Source of the DNA: Chthoniobacteraceae bacterium
GTDB taxonomy: Bacteria; Verrucomicrobiota; Verrucomicrobiia; Chthoniobacterales; Chthoniobacteraceae
NCBI GenBank assembly: GCA_031409655.1
Contig: JANNXQ010000032.1
Location: forward strand, 1-64,000
Length of the DNA stretch: 64,000 nt
Direction: 5' to 3'
The position numbers were made by a program, and so were the translations under genes. The notes beneath the pieces were generated by a model. The model searched no databases, had not been told where the DNA came from, and saw nothing but the letters and a program-made list of their open reading frames with translations. Shown piece after piece: positions 58,181-64,000 of this stretch. Positions within the stretch are counted from its first letter, which is position 1. Each line of letters opens with the position of its first letter.

Positions 58181-61100
58181 TCACGGTTTTTTCAGCGACT
58201 CCAGCCAAGCCAGCAAGTTTGCGAGGTCCGCTGGCGTGAATGCGTTCAGCAAGCCTTCGGGCATCATTGATTGCTCGCGAGTGCCGCGCTCGGTGATGTC
58301 CGCCTTTTCGACGAGGGTCGTCTGCCCGGCGACATTGCGCAGATCGAGGCTGTCGCCGCCTTCCCGCGTGACGAACCCTTCGGTCTGCTCGCCTTTCTTC
58401 GTTTTCACCCAGACGGTCTCGAAACCTTGCGCGAGCTTGGCGCCTGGCTTGAGGATGCTCTCGGTAAGGGCGGCGCGGTCGTAGATTTTCGCGACGGCGG
58501 AAAGGACCGGGCCTTTCGGCGGCTCGTCGGCACTCACGGTGTGGCACGCGATGCAGCCGGCGCGCAGATACAGCTCCTGCCCGGCCTTGGCGTCGCCGCC
58601 CTTTTGCACGGCGGCGAAGACCTCCTCGTATTTCATCGTGCCGATCGTCGGCATTGCAGTGGTCGATTCGGAAAGGCCGAGCGCCTGGTAGGCGAAGAGC
58701 GCGGCTTCGGCGACGGCGTTGTTCGGGTCTTTGAGATGCGCCTTCACCTGATCGGCGAACGACTTCGCCTTCGTCTGTGCGATGACGCCGAGCAGGCTCG
58801 CCGTCCCTTCGGGTTTTGCCCACAGCTTCTTCACGGCTTCCTGCGCGTAATCTCGCTCTTTGCCTTTCGAGACGGTGCTCGTGGCGAGGTTCACGAGGAT
58901 GATTTGCGCGAGCGTGCGCTTCGCGGCGTCGCTGCCGAGCGCGAGGTTTTCGTAGGCGTAGAGGTTGTTCATCGCCGGTGCGGCGCGGGTGAAATCCTCG
59001 AAGGCCGCGGTGAGCGCGGGGTGCGGAAGCGGGTGACCGGCGAGTGGACTGAACGCGGCAACCGCGGCGTCGAGTGCGGCGATGCGCAATTCCTCCACGC
59101 CGATCTTCTGCTGATTGCCGCGCTGGATCAGGCGCATGGCGCGGGCGCGCAATTCGGGCGCTTCGTCGGGGCGGTTCACGATCGCCACTGCGGCGACGAG
59201 TCCGGCGGCGGGCAGCACGTTATCCGGCGAAAACATGCCTTCGAGGGCGGTGAGCTTCGCGGGCGTGTCGTTGCCGGCCTTGGCGAGCATCAGGTCGATG
59301 AGGCCGGGATACCCGACCTTTGTCTGATACATCCGCTCGACGAGCCACTTCGCGTCCTCCTCGTTGCTCGCTTCGAGCGCGGTCTTCAGCGCGGCGGTGA
59401 TCTTCGGCGTCTCGCTCCACGCGATGGGTTGATAGACCGGGCCGCTCGTATCGGGCCGCGTGCCCCACCACACTTTCGGGTCTTCGTAAGGCGCGTCCTG
59501 ATTCGCGAGGCGGCAGAGGGCGTTGAGGAGGCCGCGGCGGAGTCCGGGGAGCGCGCCCGTCCCGGGCGCTGGCGACGGCGTCCCGCCGTCGCGGACTTTC
59601 GTGGACGCGTCCTCCGCAGTTCGAGGCGCATCAGTGCTTGGCGCGCCCTCGGAATTTCGTCGCGGCGGGACGCGACGACCAGCGCCCGAGACGGGCGCGC
59701 TCCCCAGACGCGCAATCAAGCCGTCCACGACTTCGGGCGTGTAGATCCCGTAGAGCGCGCGCAAGGCGCCGGGCTGCACTTTCGCGTCGGCGGAATCGAG
59801 CGAGGCGAGGCAAGGCTGCACCGCCTTCAATTCGCTGAGCGCCCGCACGGCGAGGTGCGCGACGACCGGATCGGCGTCGGCGACGAGCGGGAGGATGGCG
59901 GGCGCGGCGTCGGTCTTGTGCATCCGGCGTAGCGCGGTGATCGCGGCGGCGCGGACGCGGGGGTTTTGATCGGCAAGAAACTGGCTCAGCGGCTTTGAGG
60001 GAATGTCGGTTGTCTTGCCCGCGCCGTCGGCCAGCGCCCGCAGCGTGTATTCCACAGTGTCGATCTTCTTTAGCATGTCCGCGAAGACCGCTGTGCCACC
60101 AGGCGCGAGCTTGTGCTTGATTTGCACGGCGGTGTAGAGCGCGGCGATCCACTGCTCGACGGGCCGATTCACTTTCGCTGGCGCCATCGCCATGCCGAGC
60201 ATCATTCCAATGCGACCGGCCGAGTTCGGATCCTTCGCGCGGCGGATGAACTCGCGTTGTCCGGCCTGCCGCAGGGTCGCGCTGTCCGAGAGAATCGCTT
60301 CAAGCAGCGTGTCGTCACCGGCTTTTGCAAAATCCGGCACCTCCAACTTCGGCTTATCCTTCTTCACCACCCGCAGAACATACCCCGCGTTCGGCCCGTT
60401 GTAGTTGAAGGTCGCGCCTTCCCAGCTCGTGATGAAGAGCGCGCCGCTCGCGTCCACGTCCATGTCGGTCGGGCGCGTCAGGGCGATCCACTTGTTCTGC
60501 TTCACCGGCGGGCGTTTGTGCGTCGAGGTCGGGTCGAGATCGGCGCCGGGCTCGCCCACTTTCCAGCCGGCGCCGTCGGGCACGAGGTCGTCGTGATACA
60601 TGATCCCGCCCGCGCCCCACTCGACGGTGAAGAGGCCCTTCGGCAGGCCGGGTTCATCGAGCCAGAGCGCGCCGCAGGGGCTGCCGCCGCCGAGATCGGC
60701 GAGCGCGTCGAGGCGGTCTTCGGGGAAGTTTTTGAAGAGATACGGGTAGCCCAGGTGCGCGCCGGGTGGGACGAAGCTCAGGCGCACGTTCCAGCCGCCG
60801 CCGTCGTTGGTGTTGTCGCGGGTGAAAAGGTCGAGCGTGGGGGAGACGGCCGCGTCGTAGATATTCCGCTGGCCGCGCGAGACGATCTCAAAGCCGGTGC
60901 CATCGGGCCGGATGCGCACGATGCCGCCGCCGCGCATTGAGAGCGTGGTGCCGTCTTTCGCTCGCGCCTTCACGAAGCCGTAGTCGCCCACGGCGATGTA
61001 GATGAAGCCGTCGATCGCAAGCCGGCAGCCGTTGGTGGTGTGATCCGCGCCGCGGAAGGCGAGGTCAAAGCCGAGGCCAGTGAGGATGTCTTCCTGCTTG

Positions 61101-61621
61101 TCGGATTTCCCGTCGCCGTCGGTGTCGGTGTAGGCGGTGAGGTTCGGCGGGTGCATCACATAGAGCGTGCCGGGGAGATCAAGGAGCAGGGGCGCCCCCG
61201 CCCCGTGTTGCGGACTCGGGGCGAGGGCGCCCCTGCTCCTTGGCACGCCGTCCCAGATGACCCCGCGCGGGCTCTCCATCTCGGCGAAGGTCTTGAACTC
61301 ATCCGCGCGACCGTCGCCGTCGGTGTCGCGCATCCGCACCACTTTGCCGGGCTTCTTCTCCGCCGTGTTGCGATCGCGTCCGAGCGAGCCGTTTTCGTCG
61401 ATGGCGACGAAGATGGTGCCGTCGATCGCAGCGCTCACGCTAGTCGGGTAGCCGCCCATCGGCGGCAGTGCGAAGACGGTGGCCTCGTAGCCCTCCGGCA
61501 GCGTCACGGTCGTGAGGATTTCGGCCTCGGTGCGCACTGGCAGTTCGCCGTTTTTCTTTTGGGCAAAAGCGGGGGCGGCGAGGAGCGCGGCGGAGAGCAG
61601 GGTTAAGGCGGGTGATTTCAT
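58181..61621 (-). CDS. PVC-type putative membrane-bound dehydrogenase: beta-propeller + HEAT repeats + cytochrome c; carries two in-frame palindromic inserts
   Basis: Signal peptide; DTDGDG.AD, DG.IYIAVGD, GQRN, DNTNDG; HEAT repeats; CIACH, GP.LS, SMMPEGL. Confidence 0.88.
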   Translation of the reverse strand: MKSPALTLLSAALLAAPAFAQKKNGELPVRTEAEILTTVTLPEGYEATVFALPPMGGYPTSVSAAIDGTIFVAIDENGSLGRDRNTAEKKPGKVVRMRDTDGDGRADEFKTFAEMESPRGVIWDGVPRSRGALAPSPQHGAGAPLLLDLPGTLYVMHPPNLTAYTDTDGDGKSDKQEDILTGLGFDLAFRGADHTTNGCRLAIDGFIYIAVGDYGFVKARAKDGTTLSMRGGGIVRIRPDGTGFEIVSRGQRNIYDAAVSPTLDLFTRDNTNDGGGWNVRLSFVPPGAHLGYPYLFKNFPEDRLDALADLGGGSPCGALWLDEPGLPKGLFTVEWGAGGIMYHDDLVPDGAGWKVGEPGADLDPTSTHKRPPVKQNKWIALTRPTDMDVDASGALFITSWEGATFNYNGPNAGYVLRVVKKDKPKLEVPDFAKAGDDTLLEAILSDSATLRQAGQREFIRRAKDPNSAGRIGMMLGMAMAPAKVNRPVEQWIAALYTAVQIKHKLAPGGTAVFADMLKKIDTVEYTLRALADGAGKTTDIPSKPLSQFLADQNPRVRAAAITALRRMHKTDAAPAILPLVADADPVVAHLAVRALSELKAVQPCLASLDSADAKVQPGALRALYGIYTPEVVDGLIARLGSAPVSGAGRRVPPRRNSEGAPSTDAPRTAEDASTKVRDGGTPSPAPGTGALPGLRRGLLNALCRLANQDAPYEDPKVWWGTRPDTSGPVYQPIAWSETPKITAALKTALEASNEEDAKWLVERMYQTKVGYPGLIDLMLAKAGNDTPAKLTALEGMFSPDNVLPAAGLVAAVAIVNRPDEAPELRARAMRLIQRGNQQKIGVEELRIAALDAAVAAFSPLAGHPLPHPALTAAFEDFTRAAPAMNNLYAYENLALGSDAAKRTLAQIILVNLATSTVSKGKERDYAQEAVKKLWAKPEGTASLLGVIAQTKAKSFADQVKAHLKDPNNAVAEAALFAYQALGLSESTTAMPTIGTMKYEEVFAAVQKGGDAKAGQELYLRAGCIACHTVSADEPPKGPVLSAVAKIYDRAALTESILKPGAKLAQGFETVWVKTKKGEQTEGFVTREGGDSLDLRNVAGQTTLVEKADITERGTREQSMMPEGLLNAFTPADLANLLAWLESLKKP
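59546..59705. repeat. Intragenic, in-frame GGAGC-capped palindromic element
   Basis: About 55-bp imperfect terminal inverted repeats GGGGAGCGCGCCCGTC(C/T)CGGGCGCTGG...; sibling at 61679-61883. Confidence 0.85.
61180..61242. repeat. Intragenic, in-frame 63-bp REP-like doublet
   Basis: 26-bp arms CAAGGAGCAGGGGCGCCC(C/T)CGCCCCG with 1 mismatch, 11-nt spacer. Confidence 0.82.
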
Positions 61622-61678
61622 CGAGGTGCGGTTTGCAAGGATCGTCGCGACTGGAAAGTGAACGACGTGGCGGCGGTT

Positions 61679-61883
61679 CCGGGGAGCAGGCGCGTCTCGC
61701 GGGTGGGTTTCGGCGTCTCGCCGGAACGAACTTTTGCAGTCGTCCGGTTCGGCAAGAGCTCCCCGCCTCGAAGAACATGCCGGATTTCGGCACGGAGGTG
61801 AAGCTTCTGAGCGACCGGACGGCGTGGGAAGTTCGTGGCGGCGAGACGCCGCCACCAGCGCCCGGGACGGGCGCGCTCCCCGG
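61679..61883. repeat. Intergenic GGAGC-capped palindromic element (MITE/REPIN-like)
   Basis: Right arm reverse complement CCGGGGAGCGCGCCCGTCCCGGGCGCTGG is identical to 59544-59572; diverged left arm CCGGGGAGCAGGCGCGTCTCGCG. Confidence 0.8.
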
Positions 61884-61906
61884 AGCTTCCGGTCGATCGC
61901 CTTGGG

Positions 61907-63280
61907 TTACTTCACCAGCGCGACTTCGAAGGCGTGCGGCTTGGGCTGATTCGCCTGGTAGATCTGATCTTCGATGCCCTTCGCGGCGGCGAGCAGTTCG
62001 GCGACTTTCGCCTTCTGGCCGTTGTACCACTCTTCGAAAGCGGCCTTCTTGTCCGCGAGCTGCGGGTCATTGGCGTCGGCGGCTTTTTGCAGGTCGCGGC
62101 GCTTGCCTTTGAGCATCGCGTATTGGCCGCGGAGCGGATTGTAAGCGGTGTCGTTGCGCTGCTTGTTGAGCACCGCGACGGCGAGTGCCTGCTGGTATTG
62201 CGGCGTCTTCGCATTGCCCTGGAGTTCCACGCCGCGGGCGAATTGCGCTTCCGTAAAGATGCCGACTTCCGTGCCGTCGATGCGCAGCGTGTATTTGCCT
62301 TTCGGGAGCTGGAGCACCGTCACCTTTTGATTGCTGTAGCGATGCCCGAGCGCGGTGATTTGCACACCTTCCGCCGCATCCGGCGGCAGCACCCACGGCA
62401 GCGCGCTCTCCAGCGCCGTGAAGCTGAGCTCGCCGTCCGCCAGCGCGAGACCGTCCACCTTGGCGCTCGCGCCGATGGACTTTGGCCCACCGGGCAGCGC
62501 TTCGATGACGATCTGCGAGACCTGCGTCTTCTTCACCATGTCCGCGATGATCGACGCCGCCATGACCGTCTGACCCACCGGTCCGGGATGCACGGCGTCC
62601 TTGATCATCGTCCAGTCCGGGTCGGTCTTGCGTTTACCGAGGGTGAGATTGTTTAGCGGCGAATACATATCGACGAAACCGAGGCCGCGAACCTGCGCCT
62701 GTTCGCGGAGCCACGCGCCGTAGAGGCCGAGCACGCCATTGTAGAAGGTGTCCCGCGGCTCCTGGCCACCTTTCACGCGCGCCGCCCGGGCGTCGTGCAT
62801 CGTGGGGGTCATCGGGATGGCCGTGGCACCGAGCGCGGAGATGCGCTCGAGCAGCGTGGTCATGTCCGCGGTGTAGGTGTCGAAGACCGCCTGATCGAAG
62901 CCCTTGTAGCTGCCGTCATTCATGCCGAGGAGGATGGTCACGTACTTCGGCATGTAGGGCGCCACGTCTTCGTCGAAGCGGGTGAGCGCGTCCTTCGCCC
63001 GATCGCCGCCGACGCCGGCATTGTGAAAGTGCAGCCGCAGCTTCGGGTAGCGGGTGTAGAAGTAATTTTCCACGTACTGCGTGTAGAGGCACTGGTGGGT
63101 GATCGAGTCGCCGAGGAAGACCACGCTGTCGCCGTCCTTCAGATCCATCTCCTTCACGATCTTCTTGAACTGCGGAGGTGCCACCGGCGCCGCAGGCGCG
63201 GGCAGCGCTTTCTCTTGGGCAAAGACCGGCGCCGCGAGCACGCAGAGGGTGGCGAAGGAGGAGACGAGGAGGCGATTCAT
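61907..63280 (-). CDS. Secreted SGNH/GDSL hydrolase
   Basis: FLGDSIT, NAGVGG, LGMND, DAVHP; signal peptide. Confidence 0.88.
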   Translation of the reverse strand: MNRLLVSSFATLCVLAAPVFAQEKALPAPAAPVAPPQFKKIVKEMDLKDGDSVVFLGDSITHQCLYTQYVENYFYTRYPKLRLHFHNAGVGGDRAKDALTRFDEDVAPYMPKYVTILLGMNDGSYKGFDQAVFDTYTADMTTLLERISALGATAIPMTPTMHDARAARVKGGQEPRDTFYNGVLGLYGAWLREQAQVRGLGFVDMYSPLNNLTLGKRKTDPDWTMIKDAVHPGPVGQTVMAASIIADMVKKTQVSQIVIEALPGGPKSIGASAKVDGLALADGELSFTALESALPWVLPPDAAEGVQITALGHRYSNQKVTVLQLPKGKYTLRIDGTEVGIFTEAQFARGVELQGNAKTPQYQQALAVAVLNKQRNDTAYNPLRGQYAMLKGKRRDLQKAADANDPQLADKKAAFEEWYNGQKAKVAELLAAAKGIEDQIYQANQPKPHAFEVALVK

Positions 63281-63394
63281 GGGTGGGGTGGGTGGTGGAG
63301 TGTGGGAGGAGAACCGCGCGAGCCAGCGGCTCTTGGGACAAAACGGCGGCGCTCCCAGATTGCCAGCTGCCCCGCTTCGACTACCTTCCCGGCC

Positions 63395-63607
63395 ATGCAA
63401 GACCTCGGGAAGCTGCTCCTCATCGCCGGCCTCGCGCTGGCGGCGATCGGCGCGCTGCTCTGGAAGACCGGCAGCCTCGGCGGCCTCGGAAAACTCCCCG
63501 GCGACATCTTCGTCCAAAAGGGCGGCTCGAGCTTCTACTTCCCAATCGTGACCTGCATCGTCATCAGCCTCGTGCTGACGCTGGTGATGTGGCTAGTGCG
63601 AAAGTAG
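63395..63607 (+). CDS. DUF2905 family small membrane protein
   Basis: MQDLGKLL...GKLPGDI......FYFPIVTCIVIS. Confidence 0.85.
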   Translation: MQDLGKLLLIAGLALAAIGALLWKTGSLGGLGKLPGDIFVQKGGSSFYFPIVTCIVISLVLTLVMWLVRK

Positions 63608-63614
63608 CGCCGCC

Positions 63615-64000
63615 TCAGCTCTTCCCCGAACTCAGCCCGAAGGCCTCGTGTACGAGATTCGCGGCCTCCACGATCTTACCTTCCTCGATGATCACGGCGG
63701 TCTTGATCTCGCTGGTCGAGATCATCTGGATGTTGATCCCGCCATTACTCAACGCGGCGAACATCTTCGCCGCCACGCCGCTGTGCGAGCGCATGCCGAT
63801 GCCGACGATGCTCAGCTTCGCGATGCCATCCTGAGTCTCGATGCCGTTCGCGCCGATTTCTTTGACCACGGGGTCGAGCACCTTGGTCGCCTTGGGCAGG
63901 TCGTCTTTACTGAGGGTAAAGGAGATGTCATTCGTGTCTCCGATGCTGTCGCTCTGCACGATCATATCGACGCTGAGATTCGCCGCCGCCAGAGCGGTAA
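63615..64000 (-). CDS. lysC: Aspartate kinase, C-terminal ACT domains (5' part outside the window)
   Basis: VDMIVQ, DISFT, KLSIVGIGMRSHSGVA, INIQMISTSEIK, HEAF. Confidence 0.92.
   Translation of the reverse strand, partial: TALAAANLSVDMIVQSDSIGDTNDISFTLSKDDLPKATKVLDPVVKEIGANGIETQDGIAKLSIVGIGMRSHSGVAAKMFAALSNGGINIQMISTSEIKTAVIIEEGKIVEAANLVHEAFGLSSGKS

Noticed and set aside
61622..61855. 78-aa N-terminal extension of the dehydrogenase in the ORF track
   Set aside because: It reads through the intergenic palindrome; the signal peptide starts at ATG 61621.
1..64000. CRISPR array, integrase, transposase or prophage
   Set aside because: No regularly spaced direct repeats with unique spacers and no recognisable recombinase or phage structural motifs were seen by eye.

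Overview
GC-rich bacterial chromosome window, most consistent with Verrucomicrobiota (PVC-type heme-c dehydrogenase, PEP-CTERM protein, many secreted glycan-active enzymes); the taxonomy is inferred. It holds about 50 CDS and 3 tRNAs. Core genes: tRNA-Thr(GGT)-tuf-tRNA-Trp-secE-nusG-rplK (not followed by rplA), asd, the 3' part of lysC, a ubiE/menG-type methyltransferase and a DegP-like protease. Accessory blocks: a GldAFG-like ABC cassette with DUF4340, an EPS export operon (beta-barrel, short OPX, Wzc), a GT4-aldolase-KdsB-HAD sugar cluster, two large secreted enzymes with a similar C-terminal domain, and an M48/AIM24/dynamin-like/anti-sigma-PAS neighbourhood. No CRISPR array, integrase or transposase was seen. 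The clearest unusual signal is a set of GGAGC-capped palindromic repeats: two lie in frame inside the heme-c dehydrogenase gene, and one has a sibling copy in the adjacent intergenic region. Product calls come from motif recognition by eye, not database searches, and several start codons were moved from the ORF track.
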